Positions 14,610-30,460 of a DNA stretch of 64,000 nt are shown here, in pieces. The translations under genes and the position numbers were made by a program. Within the stretch, counting starts at the first letter, position 1. Every line of letters starts with the position of its first letter. Origin of the DNA: the human T2T-CHM13v2.0 reference genome, Homo sapiens; NCBI RefSeq assembly GCF_009914755.1, contig NC_060944.1. The stretch is one strand, 5' to 3'. The notes below the pieces were generated by a model. The model was not told the DNA's origin. It worked only from the letters and a program-made list of their open reading frames with translations, and searched no databases.

Positions 14610-16993
14610 GTCTGTTGTATATACAGGGCTTTGCAGTTTGCAGTCATTAAGAGAAATTGAATTCCGTGCTTTCTTTTCAAAGTCCTGTATTTTTATCTCA
14701 TTTTAATCTTCCTATCCCTTAGCTTACTAAAGTAAAGTTAGTCCTGTGAGATAGCGAAGCAAGGGCTGAGCATTTTTTTAATAAATGCAGCATTGATAAG
14801 TCTAATGACTTATGCAAGGTCATGTGGCTCTTAAGTGATTTACCACTAGAACCCAGATTTTTCTGATTTTTGGTTTGCTGCTGTTTGCATTGTACCACCT
14901 TAACTTCTTTTAGATCAGTGCTGTTTTGTTGTTAAATTGATGTCTAATTGTCCCTCCAGCACCTAATAGAGTGATGTTCAGGTTCTTTTAGCTCAGTAAA
15001 TACTTCCTTAATGAATGAATGGATGCGGATGGTTCTGGTGTAGCTGACAAAACAGATTCATAAGTGTGCTAAATTGGAGATAGTTTGCCTTCCAGTGACT
15101 TTACAAGTAATCTGCCTATGTTAGTTTTGATAAAGAAACCGAATCAACATTCAGCTTTCTGATGTAGCTGTAGAATCAATCAGAGCAGATGTCAAAGTAA
15201 ACCATGGACATTAAAGTATAGTTTGTACTTCTAAAAAAGAAATCTATACACCCTTTGGTGGTGAGATGAATATATATTCAGGCTTTAACAAGGAATAATA
15301 ATTTTTTGGTAGGAAAAATGGATTAAGTCTTTATGACTAGTGATTTAAATCGTACATCACATCCATCTTAGCTGTCAGCCAATCAGATTACAGATCATAA
15401 GTGAGACTGTTTGTAATTTTGATTTTTGATACATTGATATTTTCCCCTTCATTGTGAACATTGATAAAGACCATATTCTCCAGTAATTACTGTGGTCTTG
15501 TTGCCTGTAATTTGTTTTTAATTGGGAATAAATGGTGCTTCTCTTTTACATTTTGCAAAGACTCTGCTTTGGGATTTTGAGGAGCGCTTGATATCTTTTT
15601 TTTCCTCCAGAAAAAAAGGTAGTAGGTTGACATAATTAATTGATCTTTTTTTGAAGCCAGTCTTGCAAATTTGCAGAGGTGTAATATGTATTTATATTTG
15701 AATATCTGGCATTTTCACTCAGACATTTCCTAAAAATATGATGATGATAACACCTTTCATTGGTATAGCAATTTATAGTTTACCTAGGGCACCTTTGTAA
15801 GGTGTATTGTTTAATCATCACAACAACCCTTTGAGGTGGGTGGAATTTTCTGTCTCTGATTACTTTGATCTCTAATTATGAACTTTGGCTGATGATAGTT
15901 GCAGCATTAGAGTGTGAGCTGTTTCATTTGTGGTGCCTTAAGCAAATTTGCAAGGGAGCCCTGATGTTAACTTTGGCAGGTTTCATGCCTGCAAATATTG
16001 ATTGAGCCAGAAGTCCTAGTTGTAAAATGTCACCAGTGAATGTGCAGCCAGTAAAGTCAAGGGAAAACTCATTACTGCAACTCATCTGTAACTTCTGGGT
16101 CAGGCCACTCACTACCATCTGGTAAAAATGAATGTTGAAAACTCCCTTTTATTCTGACAAAAGGTAATAAGAAGAGGTTAACAGCAGATGATTTCTGAGC
16201 ATTTCAATTTGGTTAGACCAATGCATCCACAAGCGGGTTTGCGACGTTCCACATGTCTAATTATTCCAAGAGGTATTAGAATGCTTTAAAATTATGAAAT
16301 TCCAAAATAATGGTAGGAAGGAATGTAATTATGTGTATACCCCCCTCTTCTCCTCTGTTGCCCCCTGTCTGACCTTCTTATTGAAAGTGTTTATTCTCGA
16401 AAAGGCATTGGGAAGGAAGAAATAAGAAGGATTGCTGTCTTGAAAAATGTAATTTTTTTTTTAAATGTGAGCGAGACTAGAAATGTTTTACATTTCCTTA
16501 AGGGGGGAAGTATTAGAAGTATTAGGAACCATGGAAGGAGAGTGTAAGTGGAAAGGTTTCTCCTCAATTGAATGAGCTTCCTAACTGAGTGATTCAAAGG
16601 TGGAGGGGGCACAGTTTAGGGAGGAGGTGAGTGTCTGGTCACTGGAGGTGTTAGGAAAGCCCTGGCATATGCCTGGGGAGAGATATGTTAAAAAGGATTC
16701 AAACTTAAGATAGATGACTGGGTGAGATCAAGGATGCCTGATGCCTGAACTGTCTCTAGAGCCTCAGAATTATTGCAAGAAGTTGTGGATCCAGATGTAC
16801 ACAAGCATTTTCCGAGAAATGAGTACATAATCTCTGTCTCCCCTCTCTTTATTTGTCAATGTGGACATTAAAACACAAATTCAATGAAAAGTATTACCAA
16901 ATAATAGATAGTAATTTATTTGTTTGTTGTCATTGTGTCTTAATCATTGGGTACCAAAAAATGGAAGTCCGAGGGCGGGTGGTCCTGTCAATC

Positions 16994-17291
16994 TTTTTTT
17001 TTTTTTTTTTTTTTGAGACAGGGTCTCTCTGTGTCACCCAGACTGGAATACAGTGGCATGACCTTGGCTTACTGCAGCCTCCTGGGCTCAAGTGATCCTC
17101 TCACCTCAGCCTCCTGAGTAGTTGGGACTACAGGTGCGTGCCATTATGCTCGGCTAATTTTTTAAATTTTTTATAGAGACAGGTCCTCACTATGTTGCTC
17201 AGGCTGGTCTCGAACTCCTGGGCTCAAGTGAGCCTCCTGCCTCTGCCTCCCAAATTGTTGAGATTACAGGCGTGTGCCACTGCACCCGGTT
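16994..17291 (-). mobile_element. AluJ
   Basis: Antisense dimer. TSD-like ggtc(c/t)tgtcaa. Confidence 0.9.
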
Positions 17292-17385
17292 GGTCTTGTC
17301 AAATATTTTGACATTAAAAAGGGACCCACATTTAAAAACCTAACTATTAATGGTCAGAGTTCTTTCCAACCTTGAGCCTCTTTGA

Positions 17386-17680
<295 letters not shown>

Positions 17681-17784
17681 CGCCTCTTTGATTTCTTAAT
17701 CAAGTATGTCAGGAGAAATAGGGAGCTCAGTGTGTTGTTTTCTATGGGCCAAACTGCTCTGTACTTTAGGAACACAAGCCTTTA

Positions 17785-18085
17785 GGCTGGGCGCAGTGGC
17801 TCATGCCTGTAATTTCAGCACTTTGGGAGGCCGAGGCAGGCTGATCATTTGAGGTCAGATGTTCGAGACCAGCCTTGTCAACATGGTGTAACCCCATCCC
17901 TACCAGAAATAAAAAAATGAGCTGGGTGTGCTGGCACGTGCCTGTAGTCCCAGCTACTTAGGAGGTTGAGACAGGAGAATCGCTTGAACCCTGGAGGAGG
18001 AGATTGCAGTGAGCCGAGATCGCACCACTGCATTCCAGCCTGGGTGACAGAGTGAGGCTCCGTCTCAAAAAAAGAAAAGAAAAGA
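17785..18085 (+). mobile_element. AluS (Sx-like)
   Basis: Sense dimer. TSD-like aacacaagccttta / aacataggccttta. Confidence 0.9.
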
Positions 18086-20205
18086 AACATAGGCCTTTAT
18101 GTACATGCATACATATATGCATAAATGTCTGTGTGAAAGAGGTTATTGTTCCCAGCTTATAGACTGAGAAAACTGAAGCGTAGAGGGAGTAACTTACTTT
18201 CCAGGACTGCTGAGTAGAGGTGCTAGGATTTGAATTTAGGAAAAATTGACTTCAAAACTCATTCTCCATACAGGATATCACCATTGCAAACAGGTTAGGA
18301 ATCATTAACTCTAGCAATAATGAATTGAAAGCCTTTTCCTGTTGATGGTCGTTTCTAGTTATAGCCTGTCTAAAATAGCCACTAGTCTGTGTTCTTATAT
18401 TTTAATAGTAGCTTTGTTTACTTATTTACTAGTGACTTCTTCAGGGTCCTCTTATTTTCTTTCCAGCCAGTTTTAAGTTAACATGGAGAAAAAGGAAAAG
18501 CACTATATTGGGATTTAGAAGCCTTGTGGTCTTGCTCACCATAGGCAAGTTGCTTAAACTCACTGGCCTCAGATTTCCCTATTCTATTAATATAAAGAGA
18601 GAGAGAGACTAGATTATCTCTTTCTCCTAGCTCAAATTACTAAGTCTTTCCTGTTGTTTGATATCTAGGAAACAGTACTTCATGCCCCATTTGGAAGATC
18701 ATTTTCTGAAGTTAGCCAAGCTCCTAAGTTCTAGATGAAGAATTCTTGGTTTATTACAATGTTTAGAAGGTTTCCTTTGACTTTTTCCATTTTCTCATTA
18801 GAATTGGACATCTTTTTTCATAAAAGTACCTTTTACGAATTATCCCCTTTCTTAGCCAGGGAACTTGGAATGTTGAGCTATATTTAGACACACACACATG
18901 CACACATTTACACTTTTATATTCTGATACAAATGCGCTCTTCACATTAATACTTGCATTATGTGTTTTCATAATTTATCATAATGATACCATTATTGCTC
19001 ATTATAGAAGTTCTCTTTTTTCCCCACTGCCCCCAAGCCTAATTGAGGTCGAGATAGCCCATAAATGTGATAATATAGATTGCGTGCTCAGAGGAAATGG
19101 GGTTGCTTTCATAGTGGAGTTTTAATTTAGGATTCGTTCTGGTGATGTAGCCTCTTCCTATGGTACATTACTTTGAGCTCAATATAACTGCATGTTCCCA
19201 CAGCCCCTCATTATAGCTACAGCTTCTCACTGCTTTTTAATTAAAAAAAAAGAGGGAAAAATGAAACCCAAAGCTTAGGTTGGATATTGTCTGGGTACGC
19301 AGGGAGTATCCTAGGCAGATTGCTTATTTAATTTTTTTAACTCCTTCAAAGCTTTCATGAAGATGTCTTGATTTCTGTTTTCAGGGGCATGGATGGAGAC
19401 ACGCACACACACAGGCAATAGGCCTCAAGATTATTGGCGAGTAAAGGCATCTATCTATTATCGTGAAGCCTACTCTGAGCTTTGAGTGAGTGGGAATCCT
19501 TTATCCTAGAAAGGCTACCAGCTGTGTGGTTGGATGGTGGGAAATGCTTAGCTTTTATACCACTCACCACCTATTGGGAGTAAGGCAGGGAATTGTAGAA
19601 GATTGTAAAAACCCTTAAAGGCTGATGTTCAGAAGTTAAGAGTTAATCATTTTTTCTCTAGTCCTGTGGGCAGCAGAGGCAGAGAAATGACTTTATTAAG
19701 AACAGTTGCTTTTGTCATTCCTTCATCTTGAGGGATTCCAAATACCTTTCGGATACCAAAACAAATTAATCTCCAAAGGTGACTGGTAAGAATGGCTTAA
19801 GCCTCTGGGGATTGGTTGTGTAAGACACAGGGAGAGCTCAGCCTGAGCTGTTGACCTCTGTGACAGGCTGTGAGTGTTACATTCTTTTTGTGGATCAAGA
19901 GCCCTTTGGCTTCCCTTTGGTGAAATCAGTTTGACAGCTCTGAGCTTCTTCCCTGCTTACAATTCTTGTTTTGTTTTGTATAAGCAGTCACTCTCTCAGT
20001 GGTGACTATTGGGTAAATATAAATTAGGAAGTTTATTTCTTGGTCAGGGTGTTGAGTTAGCTTCATAATTTTTAGTGTGACTCTTTCACGAACAGACAGG
20101 ACTTCAACTTTTTGCGTCCATATTTCACTCAATGTTGCTGGAAAGGCAAATCCATTTTAGCTTGTATCAGGGAGCTGGAACCCTTCAGATGGAAATCCCC
20201 TAGGC

Positions 20206-20507
20206 CTGTGCTGTTCAGTACTATAGCCACTGGCCTCATATGGCTGTTGAGCACATGAAATTGGGCCAGTCTGTATTGAGAAACACCATAAGTGTAAAAT
20301 ACATACCAGATTCCAAGGACCTAGTGTGAAAAAAAGAATGTAAAATAACAAATGAATAATTTTTTAATATAGATTACATGTTGAAATGATACTATTTTGG
20401 GTATGTTAGATTAAATAAACATATTATTACCTGTTTCTTTTTAAATGTGGCTACTAAAAAATTTAAATTACATCTGTGGCCTGTACTATATTTCAATTGA
20501 ACACTGT
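20206..20507 (-). mobile_element. MER33-like hAT-Charlie DNA transposon
   Basis: ctgtgctgttca...tggctgttgagcac...gtggctactaaaaaatttaaattacat, matching MER33 as I recall it. Confidence 0.7.
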
Positions 20508-22777
20508 TCTAGATTGTTAAGCTCTGATAACAAGGCAGTGTTTGTCTTGTTCACACTTATGTGCCCAGTACTCATCACAGTACCTCATATGGTTGGCACT
20601 TTGTTGAAGAAATGAATCCCAACTCTTATTATTCAGAGTGGTCAAATCTCAGGAATGATTCAAAACTTCCCTATTTGCAGTGTTAGTGTTTGAAAAAGAG
20701 ATGTTTGAGGGTTAAGAAGAGAAATGAAGAGAAGTTCTTACGATTTTTGCCTTTAGAAGAGAATGTGGAAATAAAACATATCAGGGCTTTTGCATGGCTT
20801 ACTCTCTGTTGGAGAGGGAGGTGGGAGCTGCTGTGTTGCTGAAGGAGCTGTAGCAGAGCATTGTAATGGGTTCGGCTCTGCCATAGAGTCATCATGAGGA
20901 GCTAAAGATAAAGCTGAATACTGTGTGTGAGGGAGGAGGTTGGAGAAACAGTTGGTGAACTTAAAGGTAACCCTCTTAGGGATGGTATACTTACACTATT
21001 GATAAAAGTTAACAGAGTTATTCTTGTCTCAATCCACACTGGCCCTATTTATCCCTGTGTCCCTATTTATACACGACCCTGTTGGAAGCCTGGGACTGGC
21101 AGCTGATTACTTGAAGACCCTTCAAACCTTATAACTCTTTAGTAAGTTATTTGTTGAATTAATGATTTAAAAAGTATTGTTTTAACTTAACCAGGGTCTT
21201 ATATGACATATTTATAGGTGGATGTTTTTGCCTGAAATTTCCTCAGATGCCCTGTCTCAGTTAGGGTCCTGGAATCTTGGTAGATTAGCAGTTTTCCAGA
21301 GATCAGATTCAACTTTGAGAAGGGACCAGGTTGTCTTTGCATGAGTTTATTAAAAGATCTTAGGTATCCTGTCTCCCTGTTTATGAAATAGAGCTGTTGA
21401 CTACTTCTCATTGCCAGAGATGTGGTGAAGATTGAAGTTCTGCAGAAGGAAAGTGCTATTTTAATGGGAATTTAATAAATGAAACTCCTCCCCTGACTTC
21501 TGAAATGTTTGTTTTAAAGAAGAGGATTGGAAGATGTGTTCAAAAGAGACATAGCTAGTGTTTTTTTTTTTCTATTTTGCATTTCTTAACTGTGGCAATA
21601 TTTAGCTTTCTCCTTTTAATTGTGGCCCACTGCCTTTTCTTTCTCCCCTCGGAGATAAACAATCTAGAAATCTCCTTTCCGTGGAGAACTATGGAGCTCA
21701 TGCCTTAACTTGGCTGCTGCAGCAGGCTCACGCTAATCAGAATCGCAGCAGGGCTTATTTTATGAGCTTGAAAGAATTAGTGTTCCCAGAGGGCTGAAGT
21801 TCCTTACCTGCTGAGGAGCTACAGATTTCCAGTTGGAAGCCTGCCCTCCTTTAGGATGAATCTACCTTCCCTTCCTCTTCTTACATGAAAACCACCACCT
21901 CCTTTTTTATTGTAGCCTGTCTGTGGTTACTGGCATGTTGCTTTCCTTTTTATTTTTCTTTTTTAGGGTAGAGCAGTAATGATGATAGTACATTTTTGTA
22001 ATTTTTGTCCTTATGGAAAATAAAGTGTGTTCATACGAAATTATCATCTAGCTCAGGGAGACTAGGAAGAGAGTGAAAAATAGCAGGTGGTACCCTACAA
22101 ACTAAATTGTCGAGTGTGAGTTTTCTAAACAATGTCATATGCTCAGACTTACTAAAGCACCTGGTATGTGGAGCAAGCAGGAAACATGAATAAAGAGGGG
22201 AATGACTTTCTACCACTGGCAGAGTACTGTTCAATACAAGTCAAAAGGGGAGATGTGTAACATGTATAATAGAAAATTTTCTCTTATTACCAAACAACTT
22301 AGCAGGCTGGCAGTGAAAGTGGCATTTTCTTTTGTTTGGTAGTAACATACCACATTGCACCAAGCATATCGCTGGTGGGTGTGATTACTATATCAGATAA
22401 AGAAATCTCATTGAAGAATCTAACACAAATGTTTTGTTGGAGAAGACAGAATCATGTGGATTACCTCACAGTGATGATTTTATGTATTTGTTTAGTACCA
22501 TTATGGTTTAGAGTTCTTTCACTTGAAGTTCACAGAGAAAAGAATTATAATGTCCATTTACAGATGAGGAAACTAAGGTTTAGAGAGGTAGGTGATGGGC
22601 CCAAAGTTGAACCAGGAGTAAGTTGAGCTGAATGGAGACACTGGGCTGTTTGGTGTCTGGGCAGTGCTGTGTCTCTTCAGCTCTGAAGCCCCTTTCACTA
22701 CTGCTCTGTTTTATTCTAATTTAATGGAAAACAACAGTAAGACCTTCTTCATGGATTGCATTGTAAAAGGCAAAATG

Positions 22778-22911
22778 AGCTGGCTGCAGTGGCACACACC
22801 TGTAGTCTCAGCTATTCAGAGGGCTGAGGCAGGAGGATTGCTGGAGCCCAGAAGTTCAGGTCCAGCCTAGGCAACATAGTGAAACCTCATCTCTAAAAAG
22901 TAAACAACAAC
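22778..22911 (+). mobile_element. FLAM (monomeric Alu)
   Basis: About 130-bp monomer. TSD aaaaggcaa(a/c)atgag. Confidence 0.85.
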
Positions 22912-23044
22912 AAAAGGCAACATGAGGTCCTAACAGAGTATGGTAGAAAGGTCCTTGGACTAGGAGTCTGGAAGTGCCAGTTCTATTTTCAGTGGTGCAC
23001 GAGTGGTTTTGTGATCTTATGTAATACTTGGCTTCTGGGCCTTT

Positions 23045-24325
<1,281 letters not shown>

Positions 24326-24777
24326 GGCTCTGGGCCTTACTCAACTCTTCTGTAAAATAGAATTGGGAGTACAGTAGACATTCAGAAGTTACATATGTAA
24401 TATTTTATGTTTGTACTATTTGTGAGTAACTGTAAAAAAGGCTTTGTAATCTTACGTAGATGTGAATTAAAACCAGGTGCTAAGACGCTGGCATTGGGAG
24501 TTATATCTTGACTAGTATGTGAGCCTAACCCAGTGTCCCCATCTTAAGATAGCTTTGTTGCTATTTCCGTATACATAGGAACTTTTGTGAAATGGCAAAA
24601 CTGCGTATAAAAAAATTCCCACTGACTTTCATGGTATATTTATAGAATCATTAAGGATCTGAAAAATGACCACATAGAGCTTTACCCCATGTGGTGGGAG
24701 AAGTTGTATGCTGGATGCTTTTGAGTCAGAGAATTCTTGAAAGCTTTTAGGATATTTGCTGTCTATGCCTTGCAAAG

Positions 24778-24934
<157 letters not shown>

Positions 24935-24961
24935 TAAAATCTTATGTTTCTTTTCTCTCAG

Positions 24962-25150
24962 CCCAATAGGGGCACAAAACGTCCCCGGGATGATGAAGAG
25001 GAGGAGCAGAAGATGCGTCGGAAACAAACTGGTACTCGAGAACGCGGCCGCTATCGGGAAGAAGAAATGACTGTGGTGGAGGAAGCGGATGATGACAAAA
25101 AAAGGCTGCTGCAGATTATTGACAGAGATGGGGAAGAGGAAGAGGAAGAG
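24962..25150 (+). CDS. CTNNBL1: CTNNBL1 coding exon 2 (189 nt; [11 protein letters not shown]...DGEEEEEE; basic NLS-like and acidic region)
   Basis: Acceptor ttttctctcag|CCC at 24961/2, donor GAG|gtaacg at 25150/1, phase 0-0. Translation matches the CTNNBL1 N-terminus as I recall it. Confidence 0.97.
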
Positions 25151-28100
25151 GTAACGTGGCAGCGCTGGGTGGGAGCTGAGATGGCTGGCCCTGTAAAACG
25201 TAATTTTGGGCCAAATACTAAGCTTGTCTGAGCTTCCCATCTTCATCTGTAAAATGGGGTTAAGAATTCATATTTCATCGCGTTAATGTGAAGGTTAAGT
25301 GGGCTAGTGCAGTTGGGAAAGCATCTTATGAGATGTAAAGAATGTGACAGAGTTTTAAAATTGTTCCATATTATGTACTGTAGGGGAGGGTCAGGGCAGG
25401 CTTCCTGGATCTTACTGAGGACACATAGAAGGCACTTGCATTATTATCTTTGAAAGAGGGGTCAAATTTCACCAAGTGGAAGGAAGGGCTTTTTGGGCAG
25501 AGAAAATGGTATTAGCAAAGCAACAAAAGTGGAGAAGTTTAATGGGTTCCACAGTATTAGGTATTTAGGTGTGACTGCAAAAGTACAGCTTAGGGAAGGA
25601 GATTCCTCGGGCCTTTCCCTTTGCTGTTCCTCAAGATGCGTTGGGGCCTTTCCACTCATTCCTGCCTCTGGACCTTTGGACTTCTGTGTCCTCTGTTGGA
25701 ATGCTCGTCTCCCTTAATGCTTTGTATGACTGGTTTCTTCACATTCAGGTCTCAGTTCAGATGTTTCCTCCTCCAAGAAGTCTTTCCTATGTAGCCCTGC
25801 AAGCCATTCTCTCATTTCCTCATTACTGTATTTTGTATATTGTCTGCATAGCACGTATCATGATTTGAAATTCTAGTTGTTTATTTTGCTCATTGCTGTC
25901 CTCCTCTCAGCCTCCCGTGAAAACAGAGACTGGCTCTGTTCTGTTCACAGCTCTATCTTTGGCACCCAGAGCAATACCTAGCTCTTGGTAGGCCCTTAAT
26001 AAATATTTATTGAATGAATAAATGAATGAAGCTGGGAAGAGTAGAGGTAAAATATCAGTGATTAAAAACAAAATGACCTTACCTCTGTGTCTTTTTAAAT
26101 CTTTAAGTGTTAACTTGTGTGTTATTTCACTCTGGCATTTTGTTCAATATGAATTATGGAAATAAGAGTCTTAAGAGCCAGCTGTTTTTTGGTTCTCTCA
26201 AAGACACGATGCTAAGTTTGGATTACAAAATGAGGTTGGCTGTGAATCTGAGAAGAAGAAAAAATGGATTCATATTCCAAAAAGGTCTTTACTGTGTTGT
26301 GACAATAGCTCTGTCTTTATTAGGATTTGTACTAGTGCTAATTTGGGGGTCTCCCGCTAAAAGATGATGGCACTTTAGAAATACGTGGTGGGAGACAGTC
26401 CTGAATTTTTTAATTTCCTCTCTGAGGGCAGCAGCCTTGCCAGGGCTTAGACAAACAGTGTGTGTAGCACATCCTCCCTCCCTTCCCTCCTCACCAGCTT
26501 CTGCTCAATCTGTTAGCCCTGCAGCAGCAGTTAATTGGCAGGTATAATTCCCATGTAGGGCAAGGCTGGTACTGGAGGATTAGGATAGTAGCTGTCATGG
26601 GTAAGTGGTTTCTAGCCTGGGAGACAGAAATGTAATGTGGGACCAACCCGTCTGTTAAGGGACAGGGAAAAAGAGATCGCTTTGTAAAAATGACACATGG
26701 AAGGCTACAAGTCCAGGAGTTATTTTCTCACTGCCACTGAAGTCCCATTTGATGAAAAACAAGTGATGTTTGCCCCTGTAAAGTCACGTGAACTTGTAAA
26801 ATATTATTGTCCTTTTTGTGCTACATCATCAGCATTCATCTTTCTGAAATCTCCCTCTGGTTTCTGACGTTGAGCTATTGGAGATACTGCTGTGGCTGAT
26901 GACTAAGACTGATAATTCAGTTTTCCCCCAGTGTTGGAGAGAAATTAAAGGAGGGAAGGCCAAACCCCGGAGAGGCTAGGACTTCGGAAATCCCATGAGA
27001 GCTGTGTTAACACTAATGTGGTTTTTCTCCAGAGTGGGGCAAGATGTTAGCTAAGAAAAGAAAAAGTAGCAGATATTGAGCTTACTTGAAAGTGATTTAA
27101 CCCTTTCCTAGAAATGTTTTGATTATTTTAGTTAAATTCTAGTGGTATGTTGGGTACATTGTGCCTGTTGCTGATAATAACCATAACAGCTTGCATTCAT
27201 GTAGTTTACAAAGTAGTTTTATGTACATCCTTTCTTTAGGTCATCTCTATGACCTTGAGAGATAACAGGTAACAATTTCATTCATCCCCTTCCTTCCCCT
27301 CCCCTCCCCTCCTCCCTTCCTCCATTCCTCAGATCTTCACTGAGTACCTGCTGTGTGCCAGACACTGGAGAGTCTACTTATGCCAGAGAACAAGTAGACA
27401 TGGGCTAGCAATGGGAGTCTTTGCACTGGTTTGGGGTTGGAGAGATTATCTGGGCAGATCCTGCCAGATCCTTACGTAGATCATGTGAGGGATTTGGGAT
27501 TTTATTCTAAGTGTGTAGTGGATGAGTTCAGGAAAGACTTAGGAGATAGAATTAGCTGGACTTGATGAAGCTTTGAGAAATATATTCAGCAAAGTAACAT
27601 TGTCCCATGGCTAGTAAGTAGTGAAGCTAGGCTCTGAGTCTTGACTGAGCCAGGACTCTGACTTGTTTTTACTGTGTCAGGGAACCTGTCTTTAAGCTGT
27701 AGACCCTGGGGAGGAGGTAGGGGTTCAATAGAGAACCTTGGGATCTAGGAGTCATTGGTATAATCTAATAAATGTGTCATGCTGAAAATGAATTTATGGG
27801 TAGCTCCCACTTAAAACCCCATATGTGGAAATAGAAATTTAATAATAGAATAATAGCTAACATTTTTGAGTACTTATAAAATTATGGGATGATTCAGTGC
27901 TTTCCAAAAGGATCTATTTCAGGTTCTCTTAATAGCAGTTTCTTTATTGCTTTTAGGTGTGAGTTATGGTCAATGACTACAAAGCTGTGAAGCTTTGAGT
28001 TGGGATAGTATGAAGAGAAGCAGGGTGCATTGCAGCACATTAATTTAAACTGGAAGGAAACTGAAGATAAAACGTGTGAAATTTCAGTGTAGATTTTTTG

Positions 28101-28606
28101 GAGAAAAAATGATTTAGTTTTCAAATATTCATTTTATTTGCTTTCATAGGTATTATTCCAATGTATGAAGCCAGAAAATTCTGTACAGTCTACTAGCTTT
28201 TTTTTGCATTCTCTAGGCAAGGTTACTAAATTCTTGATGCTACTTCAGGGTTCAAAGTACCTGTCTGAATTCCTTCTCAGCATCTAGTAAGTACCAGGCA
28301 AAGTAATATATAAGAAATGCTAAGCAGTGACTATAGCTAATTAACAACCGTTCTTAGTTTACGCACTGTGGAAAAACAGGCAGTAGGTTGGATTTGGCTC
28401 ATGGGCTGCAGTTTGCCAACTTCTGCTGTAGGAAAAGATTAAGGGTCACTGTCACTGACTCAGAGTTTGACCTTAAACAATTCTTTTAAACCTGTCAGTC
28501 TTATCTTACATGTATAGCAAAGGATGACAAGGTAAATGTATAATAATATTATCTAATATTGTTGCTTACTCTCTGCCATACAGTGTGCTCAAGAAATATT
28601 TGTTGA

Positions 28607-28883
<277 letters not shown>

Positions 28884-29024
28884 TCTTTAACACCTCAAAC
28901 CGAATTTTCTGTGTTACAGATAGTGGGCATTGTGTGAGACACCCAATGTGATATACCCGAAAAGAAGCATGTGATTACAGGCCCTTACTCCTCATTGTAA
29001 TTAGAGAGATAAAGTGTGTACTGT

Positions 29025-29567
<543 letters not shown>

Positions 29568-29654
29568 GTAAGGTTCTGTTCCACTGATACCATGTCTCCT
29601 CTGTGGCGTTTCGTTGGCTAATTTTGTTTTGATTTTGGTTTGTTTTGGCTTTTG

Positions 29655-30190
29655 TGATTTGGGCCAGGAATCCCAGGATGACCCCCATGTTTGGGAATTC
29701 ACTAGAAGGACTCCCAGGACTCAAAGTCAGTGATACTCAGGGCTGTGGTTTATTACACAGGGCACACAACAGGATCAGCAAGAGAAAAAGACACATCAGG
29801 TGGCATCTGGAGAAATTCAGATACAGGCTTCCTATGTTTTCTCCTTCCCAGTGGGTGGGATTATACAAACATGCTTCTTTCTTCAGCAATGAAATGCATC
29901 AACATGTGTGCAGTGATGCTGTCCAGGGAAGCCCATTTCAGACTCTGAGTTCAGGGTTTTTATGGAGGACTGGTCATGTAGGCATTCTCTGCCTGTAATA
30001 ACAATAACAACCAAAATTGTAGGCTCCTGGAAGGAAAGCAGCTGTTCAGTGCCCCGGGCTGACAAAGCAGCAACCTTATCACTTAGGGAACATTTCAAAA
30101 GCCAAATTCCTGGCTGCCAGCCTAGGGCCAGCCTTGTAAGCTAGCCCTTTTCAAGATCAGCCCCGCAGTTAACATATTAACTCTCCTGCA
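29655..30190 (-). mobile_element. ERVL-class solo LTR (MER68/MER77/MER21 group)
   Basis: ctagaaggactc, gaaggaaagcag.tgttcag and gttaac...ctgca motifs; minus-strand AATAAA at 29749-29754. Subfamily assigned from memory. Confidence 0.65.
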
Positions 30191-30259
30191 TTATTCTTTT
30201 CAGTGCCCAAAGAAGACTGATCGTGCCTGCCGTTAGTGATAGCTTTACTGTGGAGATCA

Positions 30260-30460
30260 TTTCAGAGGCTCTGAAGTTAGACAGATATTGGTGTGATACA
30301 CACATCCCTTTGAATAAGTTACTTCCCCTTTCTTAGCCTTGGGTGTCTCATCTGTATAAGGAATTAATGCCTTCCTCACAGGGTTGTATGAAGATTAAAG
30401 GAGAATAATGTAAGTGTTTAGCTTAGTACCTGGCACATAGTAGGTGCCCATGAGATGATA
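30260..30460 (+). mobile_element. MIR
   Basis: aagttactt...ctcatctgta...cctggcacatagtagg. Confidence 0.7.

Noticed and set aside
27285-27325. C-rich low-complexity tract (G4 potential on the minus strand)
   Set aside because: Short, likely derived from an adjacent L2 tail, and has no supporting context.
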